NCBI GenBank assembly: GCA_051362555.1
Contig: CM120646.1
Coordinates: 18,662,001 to 18,726,000, forward strand
DNA length: 64,000 bases
Direction: 5' to 3'
Source of the DNA: Lingula anatina
Lineage: Eukaryota; Animalia; Brachiopoda
Shown here: positions 1 to 14,591 of the stretch, one piece after another
How the letters are laid out: every line of letters starts with the position of its first letter
Numbering within the stretch: position 1 is the stretch's first letter
Made by a program: the position numbers and the translations under genes
The notes under the pieces: generated by a model
What the model saw: only the letters and a program-made list of their open reading frames with translations
Database searches by the model: none
What the model was told of the DNA's origin: nothing

Positions 1-846
1 GTCTTCATTAAATGTTTCAATGAAATGTCCCAGGAGATCCCTCAGGAAATTATATGCTCAGGTGTGCTTGGTTCATGTTTGCACATATAGTCAGTCGAAA
101 GTTACTACTAGTACATATTTATACTTTCTCTCTTTTTTTTATTTTTTGCTTATCACAAATTCATAAAACATCCTTTTTATCACTATCAAGCCACTGCCTA
201 GGGGGAAATTAATTACAACATTTGTCAAAATCAAATATATCCTTGCATGGCCGTAGGATGCTTGCTAAATTGATTTCATCTGGATTATCAGGACCATATC
301 TGTCTGCTTTTCTAGACAATATCCGTCTACTTTATCTATTTTTCCTGAGCCATTATAACCCACCCTGGGTTTCATGCTTCCAAGCTGGGTAGAGGAGGAA
401 ATCAGGACATCAGTTTGAAAAACTTCGTTGATTAGTTACAGAAATGATATAGAAAGCATTTGCATATTGCGTTAATTGGTGCCAATTATTTGCAAATAGA
501 TGAAGCATGGAATTTGCTACAGCAAATGATAAACAGCTTGAAAATTGTAGTGTTTTGAACACTATTTTAGGATAATGTTATTATTAGTTATGCGAACAAA
601 TAATAACATTATCCTAAAATAGTGAAACACTACAAAAACATCACTTGAAGTGTATTTGTTGAGTTGTTGATATTATAAATGCAGAATATATTACCATTTA
701 AATATGTATCAAACAAAGAAAAATCTTTATCACAATGGAAATTCGTTAAAAAATATCTCATGAGCATCATCATAATCATGTGCCCTGCTTAACAGCAATT
801 TGGTGATCAAATGTCTCTGTCTTATTATTATTCTTTATATACCAAC

Positions 847-3186
847 CTTTTGTTTCTTCTCTGCCACTGTCATTTTCTCTGTTAGTTTGAGATTGGCACT
901 GCACATCATGGACTCCTCCACACTTAGATGAGGCAAGAGGTGATCATCCTGCATGATGTAACAAGACATCTTGCGGAAATTGCGCAGGACCCTCGGCTTA
1001 CCATTGACTAGAATTTCTCCAGTGACAGATTTTGTCCTAAAAAAATGTAGGAATACTGAATGATATGCATAATACTGGTAATGCTGAATTACCCTTGGTT
1101 TATACAAAAGAATAAATTTAAGATAATCATCACTTAATAACAAATTTCTTGTTTATATACAGATGTGTATTAATTTCTGTATAATCAAAAAGTAAAATGT
1201 TTATCAGATCTTAAAAGTCAATTATAAGCAAATTACCAGCAAAAAACTTTATAAGCAAATCAAAACCCATCTCAAACCCACAACATATTCAAAACATATC
1301 AATGGCCAACCCATAACTAACCCAGATGTCCTTTAACATATATCACATAAACCACCCACCTGTAACCCGCCAGGATATTCAGTAAAGAAGACTTTCCAGC
1401 CCCTGAAGGCCCCATCACTGCTGTCAAGTTCCCAGCCTTGAATTTTCCAGATATACATTTCAGTATGGTTTTGTAACCTGGAAAGACAAAACATGTTTCT
1501 GTGGTAGTGGTATATAAAAGTTGTTTGGTAAGCCTGGAAGGAGAAATATCTGAAAATAAGACATGAAACTGTTTTTTCATATTTTGTTCCCTGGGAAGAT
1601 CAGGAGACTTGAATTAAAAAATACATATTACTAAGTAATAGAATAACCTTTACTAGTACTGACATCACACCATGAATAGAATACGAATACTCTTCATGAG
1701 ATATGAGAGTATACAAATGGCAATCAACCTAAATAGCCTGTAATGAGTGGCAACATACAAAAACAATATAAAGTTTGCCATCAATTTTCTATGTGACAAG
1801 GCATATGGAAATTCCTCCGTCATTTTTCACCAATATGTTACCAATTTTGTCTAGAAAACAAGTAATTTGGCAAAAAATGGAAGTCAGAAAAGGCTCCAGA
1901 TAACCATTTCAGATATAACCCTTTACTATAGTTAATATGATATCAAATCCAATGTTACTTTTTTGAGTACATGGTAAACACCAATGATGCACATATATGT
2001 AAATAAATATTTGATAGCAATGTGTACAATGTTTCACCTCTTATACAGATTACAAAACTACATGCTCTAGCAAAAGTATATGTCAGATTTTCAATGGTCT
2101 TGTTACATACATCAACTTTTTATAGCAATTCTGCATTCTGGCCTTGTCATTTTGTTATGATGGTAGTTTCTTTTTACAGTAACATATAATAGAACACTGA
2201 TAGCATTTGGTCTTCAGGCATCATTCTTTGTGAAAATGTGTATTTCAATAGTTTCAAACACAATAGTGTTGTCAGTGCAGTGTAATTTCCATAGTTAAGT
2301 CAGTCACCGACCTTGAGAAAGGCAGGAATTTCTGTCAATGGTAGAGCATTGAGAAACCACTAATAGGTCTGCTTGTGGTGAAATTAATGTGACCACATCA
2401 TTCCTATAGATTGAACCTACTGGTAAATTATCACAAGTTCACAAGGTGGAATGCACTGCAAATACATACATATTTTTTTTCAAAAACACCTGCTGTAATA
2501 TTTCTGTGAACCACCAAACATTCTGTTATATAAGCATAACTTGAAAGCACTTTTAAATATTTTACTTCTCATATTAATCACTTTGTGGAATTCTTACTTT
2601 TATCTGCTAGTAATTTATGTTAAGTACTTGTTTCCGCTAAGATTTATCTTAAATGTGAAGAATTTGCAACTATACATATTGATTAAGAGCTAGCACAAAA
2701 CAGAGAGAGAGAGAGAGCGTGTTTGAGGGGGAGAGGGAGGAAAAGAGAAAGGAGGAGGAACAGACAGTATAAGGGAGAGGAATCAGAATATCATAATAAC
2801 ATTAACCCTTGAGCAATGAATGAAACACTGAGGAAACACAATCAGACAGCCGCCAAGAAAAGTATAGTACATTTAACCCAACTTCACACCTGTGTTTTGT
2901 ATTAACTGGCGGAAAAGGTCAGAACCCAAAACCAACAGCTTCCCTGATGGTATGCTGGCTGGGAATAGAACTTCATGCAGCCAGAATGGAAATTTCAAGC
3001 AAACTCCCGAGGAACCTTTCACTGCAATCAGTTATTTTTAGTCCGAGACAGTACTCTAAACATAGCTCAGACAGAGAAAATCAGTCTAAATACATTTTCT
3101 TAATTTTATTCTCTGAAGTTCTAATTTTCAAAGGAAAATTAAATCACCTATTATTAGATAGAGTGTTGGCTCAATCTCACCAACTT

Positions 3187-3232
<46 letters not shown>

Positions 3233-6200
3233 AGCCAATTAATGTACAGCCAGTGTTATTACTGGCCATTATGAAATTTCTGAACAACTGGACCAATTAA
3301 CAGGCTCAAAAGTCTTAGACCAGGGAGACTTAAGACCAATGAAATTTTGGGCTAATCATCCTCTGGTATTGTGACACAGGTGAAATTTTGGAGAACACTA
3401 TCATGAGTCCATAAAATTGAGTTGCATAATGGAATATTCAACTTGACATGCTTCATTTGGATGTTTTCCCTTATACTTTTTACAAGTACTACTATGGGGT
3501 CATTCCATATCAACTCATCCAGCGAGGGTACCCTCCATCAAGAAACTTGCTGATTTTCACATATTTTGTAGATATTATAGGGACTAGAAAAAACCTAAAA
3601 TTTTAGATTGAGATCTCAACTGGTTTCAGAATTATGACTCTCCAAAGTTGGGCCCAGCTGAGGGCTTGCTGTGCCTCACATGGATCTAGGTCATGGTGAC
3701 CTAGTTAAGAAAAACACTATAACAATAGTTCTTCATATCCCATTGCTTTGCAGCTTTAATGACTTTATATTTTAACATTTCAGGAATCCAACTATCATAC
3801 TGAAAATGGTCTGGCATAATTAAAATGCACTTAATTTTAACTTTGAACAATCCTTGTCATTTTTTAAAAATGAAGGACACCCCACCTTTTTAATCTCATT
3901 TTTCTCAATGTCTCCAAGCAGACAGGTGTTTTTGCTTTATGTCATTTGAAAGAGGGGGGTTTGAACTTTAAAGTGAAAGTGTTAAATCAATTTGTATATT
4001 TTGGAGACAAAAATAATAATGCATTATTAAAAAAATGTGTGATCTGGGCTATTGCATGAGCACTGATGCAGAACAGTGTACTTTCAGACACCCAAATTTA
4101 TGAATTTTCACATAAGTTTACTTATTATCTTAGAATTAATTTCCTACAATGTTGTTAAAATGTGAAGTATTTTTAAACATGAAAAAAATTAACTAAATTA
4201 GAAATGCCCCCCCCCCCCGCCCCGTACTCAATCCAATATAATGTCCACCACCATGACTTTCTTTCATATGCCATTTAAAAAACCCTTGCATTAATTTATA
4301 AGAATAATTTTTTATTATTATTTTTTTTATTGACACAATTTTTTTTATTGTCATGAATACATGACAATACAAAAACAAACAAACACTCACTCACACACTC
4401 ACACATAAGAGATGTTATACCATATAACACTTTTTAATTAATTACATCGTCGTATGCTAAATATTCAAATTGAAAATAACTTAATTATATTTGAATTGTA
4501 CTGACAGATTGACTTATCTGTTTTCACCAGATATCTAAGCGATGAAATCAAACCTCCTAATGTTGGTTTACCCTGTGAACATCTTCTTAAATAAATATAA
4601 AATTTAAATTGTAACATAATGAGATTAATAATTGGAGAGAGACTCGTAGAGCCAACTAAGCAATTCCTTTTTGACACAGGTAGAGTAACTTGAGTATTAG
4701 ATAATATATATTCTGCCAAGTCGGTCAATAATTTTTGGGTAACCGCACAATTCCAGAATAAATGCTCTGTTGTTTCTTCAGCTCCTTTGCAAAGGGAACA
4801 TATACTGTTGTCGACCATTTTATATTTGAAAAGCAGTGAATTTGTGGTAAGGATATTATGATTAATTCGAAATTGGAACCAGTGAAGCTTTGAGTCTTTT
4901 GTTATTGTAAAAGGAAGTTCAAAAATCTTCGGGCATTCATTTTCCTCCAAATTTAACAACTCCTTCCATTTATTCATACCTTTTAACATCTCAAGAACAC
5001 CTACTTTACTTAAAGTTTTATAATAAATCTTTGAGCCTTTTGAACAACCTGACAGCAACAATATATGATCAAGAATTAAAGGAGTGGCCATTTTACTTAA
5101 TTTTTCAGGAATACCACCAAGCCATTCTTTTATGGCTGAGTTAATTCCATGGTTTTCGACAAAATTTGTGTCAATACCGTGGATATCCCTGAAGCAGTGA
5201 AGTCATAGAACTCTCCAGAGTCTAGGAGTAGATCCTAAACAAATCTTATGTTTTTGTCATACCACGATGTATGACTTATTGCAAGATCAACGAGTGATCA
5301 GTTCTAATTCATTGGAGCATAGCGAAGGTATAAGAAAACTAATTGCCATTTTATTCTTATAAATTAATGCAAGGGTTTTTTAAATAGCATATGAAAGAAA
5401 GTCATGGTGGTGGACATTATATTGGATTGAGTACGGGGGGGGGGGGGGGGGGGGGGGGGGCATTTCTAATTTAGTTAATTTTTTTCATGTTTAAAAATAC
5501 TTCACATTTTAACAACATTGTAGGAAATTAATTCTAAGATAATAAGTAAACTTATGTGAAAATTCATAAATTTGGGTGTCTGAAAGTACACTGTTCTGCA
5601 TCAGTGCTCATGCAATAGCCCAGATCACACATTTTTTAAATAATGCATTATTATTTTTGTCTCCAAAATATACAAATTGATTTAACACTTTCACTTTAAA
5701 GTTCAAACCCCCCTCTTTCAAATGACATAAAGCAAAAACACCTGTCTGCTTGGAGACATTGAGAAAAATGAGATTAAAAAGGTGGGGTGTCCTTCATTTT
5801 TAAAAAATGACAAGGATTTTTCAAAGTTAAAATTAAGTGCATTTTAATTATGCCAGACCATTTTCAGTATGATAGTTGGATTCCTGAAATGTTAAAATAT
5901 AAAGTCATTAAAGCTGCAAAGCAATGGGATATGAAGAACTATTGTTATAGTGTTTTTCTTAACTAGGTCACCATGACCTAGATCCATGTGAGGCACAGCA
6001 AGCCCTCAGCTGGGCCCAACTTTGGAGAGTCATAACTCTGAAACCAGTTGAGATCTCAATCTAAAATTTTAGGTTTTTTCTAGTCCCTATAATATCTATA
6101 ACATATGTGAGAATCAGCAAGTTTCTTGACGGAGGGTACCCTCGCTGGATGAGTTGATATGGAATGACCCTATGGTTCAATAACTTACAAAGAGAAACTG

Positions 6201-8207
6201 CTGAAAAAAGTAATTTCCAACTATTATTCATGCCAAAAATAGATTTATCTTTTTCAAGCAATGTTGAATCCTTTGTTACTCTTTCTTTTCACATGACTTT
6301 CATAAATGTCAAAGACTGTTAAATCATACTTTCTTAAAAAAAAGTAATTTCCAACTATTGTTCATGCCAAAAATAGATTTATCTTTTTCAAGCAATGTTG
6401 AATCCTTTGTTACTCTTTCTTTTAACATGTCATTCATAAATGTCAAAGACTGTTGAAACATACTTCTTAAAAAAAGTACTTCAGGAAAAAAATCTGGATT
6501 CATTATTTCGACCTTTATGGCACAGCACGGGCACAATCATATCAGGAGCCTGTTTAATGAACAAACTGAAGCTGAAAATTGCCCCCTGCAATAATTGCGA
6601 AGAATTTCTGCAGTTTGCATTCCACAAATAAAATCTAAATGGTCTCGTCTTGTTTTTACCCACTTCTTTTAACTAAACCCCTTGAGCAAAATTTCGATTG
6701 AATTTACCATTGGTTTTTTACACTCCACCGTGACAATAGCCTATTTACATATAAACCCGCCGTACAAGTATTGTGAGCCAATCAATTGTTAAGTACTCCA
6801 ATACTACAATGTTTACTCAATTTGGTTGATTATCCATATTCATCTAATTCCAGGCGCCCAAAATCGGTAGACATTTTGTAAAACAAAACTAGTCACCTGT
6901 CTCACCTTAAACAAAAGTTGTGTAATGGACACCAACTAATGATCTGGTGTCGTGACCATAAAACCCTCATTAGAAAATCGAAGTGCTCAACTTCATTTGC
7001 TAAATCTCCATTTCACAAACGGGTTATTTTAGCAAATACCAATGAAATGACAATGCTAGCTAATGCTGTCACTACATGACAACTGTCATAAATTAAACTA
7101 GATCATAAACACACAAGGATCCACCTTCCATGTCTAAAGTTTTCAACCTGCATATTAAAGATATGTTGTGTACATTTAATATGTCCCAAAATCATATTTT
7201 CATGCCTAAATGTTAAAGTGTAAAGCTACTTATTTATTCCCATTCAGACATTATAAATCTTCTCAAATAAAATCACCTGATGTCCATATTTTCTTCAGAA
7301 ATGTCAGGGAAATTTTGACAGTTAATTAAACTACTAGTACTTGGAAGTTGTTAGAGCAAATTATTTGATTAAAAGTCACTAAGTGGTTCAAAACTAGTAA
7401 GAGCATGCTACGACAGCACCAATTAGTGATTCGTGAATACGAAAAAAACACCTTTTTCAAGAAAAATTAGATTTGGCTCTAAAATTCCACATCTATGCAA
7501 CCTTTCAGCAATACGGTGACACCAAGGTAACTGAATCTGCAAGTCACCTCAAACCATTTTGAAATTCTGGGTGCCCCGTATCTGAGCAACAGTTCAAGTT
7601 TCCGCCAACATTCCATCTGCAGTTGCCAACCTACTTGGCACAAAAAAGTTTAATCAAAGTATGAAAATAATACCTGCATTACCTTACTGGTAGTACATAA
7701 ATGCAAATTCTTTTATCAGGATTTTACTATGTAATGAAATAACAATATGGTCCTTTCAATTTAACAGAAAGCAGTCTTATCACATGTAATGCTGCCCTCT
7801 TAAATTGTTTTACCTTCCAGACAGCTATTTTTTTAATAAACAAAAATAAAATTGTTCACCCAAGTTGCTTTATTTTTGCGAAGACATTCACAACATGAAA
7901 AAGAGAGCAAATATCTATTTCTATGAAGTGCACAACTACATCACATAACTAAATCACTTATTGTGTACATATAAACTACTTCACCTTACTGCAATTTTGC
8001 TATGAGTATACTAGTAAATGTTATCAACGTTTGTCAGTTTTCAAATTTTAGCTTTCTGTTGAATTCATTTGATCCCCGACTATTAAATTGGATAAAAGTC
8101 CCTTGAATATACAATAATACAGGGTGACATAGGTTTTTGATAAAATTTATGTTCATAGCTTTAAGGGTTTAACAGTTAAAATTTGAGCAATCAAAATTAC
8201 ATAAGTT

Positions 8208-8247
<40 letters not shown>

Positions 8248-9812
8248 TAACATATTAAACAAAACAACACACAATTACCTCTAAGATTTCATTACAATGC
8301 CACAATAAATAATAGTAAATTTAGATAAAAAGAAAAACACTCACTGACAAGTGCTCAAGCAGAGTTAATAAAAAAAACTTTGCTCAATTGGAACAACAAA
8401 AACTACAGGTAAGTATCATGTTACCTCTCACTGACAAGGTGATACACAACAATCAGTACAAGCCAAATAAAGGTCAAATTGTCTGGACAGCTAAATTTTC
8501 TGGCTTGAAGAAATAGAAAAAGATTGCTTGCCAAAGGCTTAGTATTCCATTATCTCTGAATTTCATCTTTGGACAAATAAAAGCTTTGGCCCTGGGCTGG
8601 TGGACTTCTAAGGCTTCCTAGTATGAGTGACCAGTAACCAGTGTTATTTATTGGCCTTATTGCCTTTCTAGATAGCCTGTATCTTTTTAGTTATGAAGCA
8701 TAAACAACTGTACTGAAAATGTGCTCTTTTTTTAGCAAGAAGATCTAATTTACCTTCACTTTCAGCAATATTTTACACATGAGGAGAAAACTGATTGTAA
8801 TTTGTTTCAGAAACAAATTATCTACTAGTAGACAAAATAGTACTTCAATTATGTACTAGTACGTGATCAATTTGTCAAATGTAGAGTTGTCTTATTTGGG
8901 GGGAAAGCTGGGTACTAATAAGTATGTTTGTCTCTGGTTGTTACAATAAACTTGTCCCACTGACATGGGAATTAAGCTTAGGTTGGAACAGATTTATGGT
9001 CTAACCTTCTGAAGGAAATTAAATATCTCCCTTCTTCGGAGTTCTTCCTTTACAAAGCTGAAAAGTCTGGAAAAAAGGGATCTCTTATCTAGTTATCTAT
9101 AATAATAATGAATGGAATTGTGACTTCCAACAGGATATCTGTGTTACACTAGTTCCTGATACCAGCCAACAATTTTGCTGATTCACAATAAAACAGAAAG
9201 ACAAACTAAATGCTGTTCAATGAGTCACTGGCACAAGGTGGATATTACACAAGGTCACTGGTGGACAACATATTGCTTTGTTATCTAACTGAGATAAATG
9301 ATTTCTTGTTTTCAAACATTTGCTACTAATTCTTTTCAAGAGCAAGGAAGACTTTCTTTCAATTTCTTCTTTTTTTTTTTTTTACTTTAGCATGGCATTG
9401 TATCTTGAATCTGCAGCTCATTCTCATGGGTAATAAAAAATGACCATTCACTGATAAAAATGTACAGAGAATTAAATTGGTCATTTTTCTCACGGCAATT
9501 TGTGTTGGAGACATTGGTGAGTACGACAAGGAAATACCTTGAATATAGATTGATATACTAGTAACCACTGGACACCTGCTGCTGATCACACTATGCTGGT
9601 CTGCATAATTTAATCATACCTGAAAAGCACCTGTTCCTTAAGTAACCTTGCAAATGGACAGGTGTCAAAAACAATAGATTGACCCTAATGAAAAAGTCCT
9701 ACAGGATCCTATAAACTCCTATAGGATCCTATAGGAAATTAGGGAATTTTGGTAAGGAGATGTGCAATACAACAATAACTATCACACAATTTCTCCTACA
9801 GGTCATTACAAG

Positions 9813-9872
<60 letters not shown>

Positions 9873-12247
9873 CTTATACAGACAGCACTTTGACTTTTGT
9901 TTAGTTAACATTCTCCAGGAATCCTTTGTTTTTATCTGTGGTCCCTCTCTCCTACTCTCTCTTGAGGACTGTGACAAAGGTAATAAATTCACCACTACCA
10001 ACATGTACACAAAAGACAAAGAGACTAGTCAGGCCAACTGCTCATTATTCCTGGCAAACTCGTGATTTACAGTTACATCAAACAGCAGGCCACTATCTGA
10101 GCCACTTCCCCTTGTCAACCTTTACCTGAGGGCAAGAACCTGACTTATACCTTTACACTACTCTTTTAACTACTCCATTACGCTTAAGGATGTATAAATG
10201 TAGCCATTACTGGTCTTGGTAGAGAGAACATCTTGTCAATTTATGAACTGTCATACATAAGCTGTACTTTCCTTTCAATGGGCAGTGACTTTTTTTCCTT
10301 TCCCGTTATAGTCTTAACAATTTATTTTGGTGAATGTGAATTAAGTCACCTGAGTCATTTGTTCATGTTTTTAATTACAACTGGTGTTTTATATGCTTCA
10401 AGTCATTAATGGAGGAGTTTTTTCATAAACAATGGTTGTAATCAATGCCATTTTATAGTAGTAATACATTAACTTCTGGATTCCACTGGCCTTAACATGC
10501 CTTTTCCCACATTTTGTCAGAGAGAGTGACTAAATCCATAGTTTTGCTGGAGAGGTGGGGGGGGCAATGGGTGGGCTAGCTTGGGGCAATGTAGAAGTTG
10601 ACCAAAGACGGCAGAAAAAGCACCTGCTGTATTATCTTTTATTACCATCAAATTCATCCTCAGAAATCACACATAAAATCGATCCATCATAAAGCTGTCT
10701 AGTGCCTACATATATTATGTCCCCTGTAGATGTGGAGATTTCATACCAAGTTGACCCCTTACTTAAGGGTCCCACACTGCTATTATTTCATGAACAGTGC
10801 CAAGGTCAAAGTCTACAGAAGAAAACACATTTTCTTTTCTAAAGAGCCCTTAGCCTTTTTCCCCCCTCAAACTTTACTTCCTCAATCCAAATTTAACCCT
10901 CCCAACTAATAATACCAAAATAGTACCACATAAAAATGCAGTACTGACAATTTTTGTACATTTAAAATTATTCATCTTTAATTGGGCTTTTTTTTATTAC
11001 TGAGACATGTTTATTATATCACTAGCACACAGTAGATTGCATGTGAATAAGTCACACAACTTGCCGGTTCAAGGACTCACAATAAGTGAGCTGTCTGGCC
11101 TTGTAACACCATATCTAACAACTTTATAGTTCCCTGTCATAAAAATTGTGGAGTCCTTGAACATATGTGAAGCAAACAGCTGGGACAGTCCTGCAGTTTT
11201 ACATTACAGTTTATTATCTCTACAATTAGATACGGTAAATGGGATAAAGTGTTTGGGTAGAATTGGGGGTCACTGAGTGGAGAAATGGGGGAAAGGGCCA
11301 GTGATCACTATTTTTGATCAATAGAATATTGTAAAATTGCCAAAGAAAAAATTATACAGGTGGTCTTTTGTGTGTACACAAACAATTGTGTATAGGTATG
11401 TTAAAGAATGTTTGAAAGGAAAGAAATGTACATTTACAGATAAAACCCTGGCATATACAGGTGTGTGTGTGCTTGCATGGTTATGTGCATGTAATTTGTG
11501 CACGTGTTTGAGTTTGTATGTTTGTACATTTGCCAGCTGAGGAAGTCATGTGAAAAAGAGGGGCGGGAAGTTTCTTTCAATTTGTTTAGAATAAGAGTGT
11601 ATGATGGGTTCAAGGTTTACTAATGCATACTAAAAAGCGATATTTATAAATACAGGACGTGCAAAGAGGACAACCTCCTGATTCGTGTAAATTACTATTT
11701 TCACAAGATATTATCATTTGCTTGCTACAATGAATTCCACTGTACAGTTATTTCAGAGCCTGAACAGCTATTTTAGTGCCTGCCTGCACCAATACAAATG
11801 ATCCATGGCGATGCACATGTATACGTATGTATACGTATACACATGTATGAATATACAGAATTACTAATTCAATTTTGGCTCTTCAAAAAAATAAATCTGG
11901 TATCACATCCTTAAAGATTTGTAAATTATAATGATTCTTAATATTTAGGACTAATTTGTAACTCAGACAATAATAAACCTTCAATAATTTGGGCCCAAGA
12001 TCAACTTTCTCTCACCTTTGTTCCTTCCTTCACTGACAGAGTACTGAAGGTCTTTGAATTCTATATCCACTGGTTTCTTTTTCATCAGAGCTATGGCCTT
12101 GGAGTTTTCCACTTTTTTCATCAGTCTATATTCCGCTGAATTGACAGAACTATTCCCCACCCTGCTCTGGTCATCTAGCTGGGAAATGGTGTCTTCAAAC
12201 TCCATAACAGCAGGGACGTGAACTTGAACTGACATCAAATCTGCCAT
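847..12247 (-). CDS. ABCG1: ABC transporter subfamily G half-transporter, ABCG1/ABCG4-like. First three coding exons: 12016-12247, 1360-1477, 847-1036. The gene continues beyond the left edge.
   Basis: Spliced translation ...[16 protein letters not shown]...[13 protein letters not shown]...[21 protein letters not shown] (Walker A)...[24 protein letters not shown] (Q-loop). GT-AG introns with consistent phases (1, 2, 0). ABCG1 versus ABCG4 orthology cannot be resolved here. Confidence 0.92.
3497..6170. mobile_element. Non-autonomous long-TIR DNA transposon, Sola2-like
   Basis: Near-perfect TIRs of about 815 bp (3497-4307 and 5351-6170) with termini GGGTCATTCC...GGAATGACCC and a 4-bp TSD TATG (3493-3496, 6171-6174). 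GRG termini, long TIRs and a 4-bp TSD fit Sola2. Confidence 0.85.
4308..5290 (-). mobile_element. 5'-truncated L1/Tx1-clade LINE fragment (ORF2 C-terminal zf-RVT region, 3' UTR, A-rich tail)
   Basis: ORF 4465-5091 contains [17 protein letters not shown]...[18 protein letters not shown] (CCHC knuckle). A GT-rich 3' UTR and an AATAAA/A-rich tail end near 4308. Degenerate ORF2-like sequence continues to about 5290. Confidence 0.85.
6205..6475. repeat. Two-copy tandem duplication, period about 134 bp
   Basis: aaaaagtaatttccaactatt...gtcaaagactgtt starts at about 6205 and again at about 6339. Confidence 0.85.
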
Positions 12248-13690
12248 GTTGCTCTTGTTGTGTTACTGTAGTTCAGTAATTTTCAATTTGACATTTAATT
12301 TCTTTTTTTTCCTTTGGTTCAAAAATATGTCTTACCAGAGCTGATATTTTACAACAGATGATAAATTATATTGCACTGATTGCATATATACAATAGCATG
12401 CTCTGTCATTAAAAGTAATCCAATGGTGCCCACTTAAGCAGAGGAAAGAATATACGATAAATATCCAGTTGCTTCCTTGTAATTAGCAAAATTTCATCAA
12501 TAACAGTGGCCTTTTTCTATCCTTCTCAGCTCTGTCTTTAAGTATGGCTTTAGTCCCAACTAAGTTATTCTCATATATGCTTCCGTAGCATGCTAATCTA
12601 CATCAAAGGCTAGGAGCAATTCCTGATCATATCCTATCAAAGATAGCCAGCTTTATAATCCCATAGCTAGGATACGTGGAAGCATCAGCCTGAAACAAAG
12701 AAATATCAAGTCATATATGAAGTACATGGTTAGAGTGCATTTGCTAAGCCCCATGTTTTATTTATCATGTAACAAATGTCAATTCAGAGAGGAAGCAATC
12801 AACAACAACTTCATATTACTCAATATTTACATTACATCATATTAATACATTTATCATTATTACATAACACATAACATTTATACAGGCTTATATGGATTTG
12901 TCTTTGGACTTAAGATTACAATAAACTATAAACTATAAAACAAGGTTGACGTATCAGTTAACCGTAACTCATTGTCTCTCCCCCCCCCCCCCCCCCATCC
13001 CTCTCCTCCTGCGTGCTTCGGGGGGGGGGGGGGGGGGACGCAGGGGAAGAACATTTTTCTCTCTTTGTTTCCATATCACGGAATTCATTTCAATTATAAT
13101 ATTGTCAAAATCAGGACTAGGGCTAGGAATTCTCCCCAGTGTAAATACAAAATATGGAGCGAACGGTGAAATCTACATACACAACATTCACTGTCGATTT
13201 CCATGGCTGACGTCAGCCTTTACTTGTTGAGACAGATCGACAGATTAAATACTCGAGCTTTTAAAAAAGGTGACTCAAATAACAACAGTCAAGGACATTA
13301 CCATGAAAAAGACGAAATATGTTACCTTACCTCCTAACGTTAAGTTGATGCCTGGGTACATATATGTTGTAGCTTTGGACTAAATATCCCGCCTTGGCTG
13401 GACTCTCAGCTGCCGTGTCTGTCACTTCATCGTGGCAAATAAATCTAAACTCCGTGCGGTAGAATCTTGAATCAATCTTGCTGAATAATAAATATTTTAT
13501 CCTAGTTGCAGTTCAAGCTGTAGCGAAGTTACTGGTCTTGGAATCCAATTCCAAAACCTTGAACCATTGTCCTTGTGTTAATATGTATTATTGTTGCTTT
13601 GTGTACTGCCAGTCTGCTTCGTGTGGAAATTGTGGCCATAAAATTATTGATGAATACATTAAAGAAGACGGCACGTGATTGGTTGTTTGC
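12248..13690 (-). promoter_or_regulatory. Probable ABCG 5' UTR (acceptor at 12690, upstream non-coding exon ending at donor 13331) and promoter with adjacent CCAAT and E-box
   Basis: Minus-strand acceptor tttgtttcag|G at 12690, donor GAG|gtaagg at 13331, CCAATCACGTG at about 13672-13682, and locally raised CpG at 13.0-14.2 kb. Confidence 0.5.
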
Positions 13691-14433
13691 GTACCCTCTC
13701 GCGCTGTGTTACAGTTACAGGTGAAATGAAATTGGATATTGTGCCTTTTGAATGCTTAATCTTGCCGTTTTATTTTGGTTTATGTTATAAGAGATTAAAT
13801 TTCGTGTAAATAAATGTGTGCACATTTAAATAAAAATTATGCAAGAGAAAATTCTTTTGTTCTGACATTACAAAATAGACGCAGTGAAAGTGAGTCTGGA
13901 GAAACGAAAATAAAATGACTTTACCCAATTTTATAGTTATCCATAGCTTAAGCATTATGTCTTGTTTTTAGTTGTTAATAAATTGTAAATTGTAAAAAGA
14001 ATATAAAAAGATCCATCTTGTAACTGAGTGTGTATAATCATCTTGACTCTCGATTTCGACCCAAGCAAAGAATCTTAAAATAGAACAACTCGTGACTTCT
14101 TTGTGGGAAGGCCAAAGTCCAAGCACTCAGCTGAAGGGTGAGAGAGTGGCTACAGTCAAGCAGCATACGAGGCTTGTTTTTAAAATGACAACTTGTTTGG
14201 CCGATTGACTCAATTACGCAAAACCTATGGAATTTTATTTCATTCATTCATTTTTTCAATGTTAAAATATTACTATTTAACTATTTATCATAATTTATTT
14301 ATTTCTTTTTTGCTTATATTATATTTAATGTATTTATTTATTTATTTTTGAAAGGAAATTACTATGATCCACTTGTTACATTCATGTGAAATCATTGCAT
14401 TGTGACGTACAGAAAAACGGATCCTGGAAACAT

Positions 14434-14468
<35 letters not shown>

Positions 14469-14585
14469 AAAAAAACTCTAAGCAATCTCAAGTGCTGATC
14501 TTAAAAGGGGTTTTGTTCTCCAGGTGCTTCTTTAAAAGCATTTTAACTCTAAATCAATGCAGAAACAACTGAGCATAAATAAGGT

Positions 14586-14591
14586 TTTATT
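14586..14591 (-). terminator. Candidate polyadenylation signal of the IgSF gene (3' UTR about 1.9 kb)
   Basis: TTTATT on the plus strand (AATAAA on minus) at the end of an AT-rich, UTR-like stretch. Other candidate signals exist. Confidence 0.35.

Noticed and set aside
9729-10129. ORFs with YIYIYI runs, and similar CVCVCV, SLSLSL, poly-Y/I and poly-P/G ORFs elsewhere
   Set aside because: They are translations of microsatellites or homopolymers.
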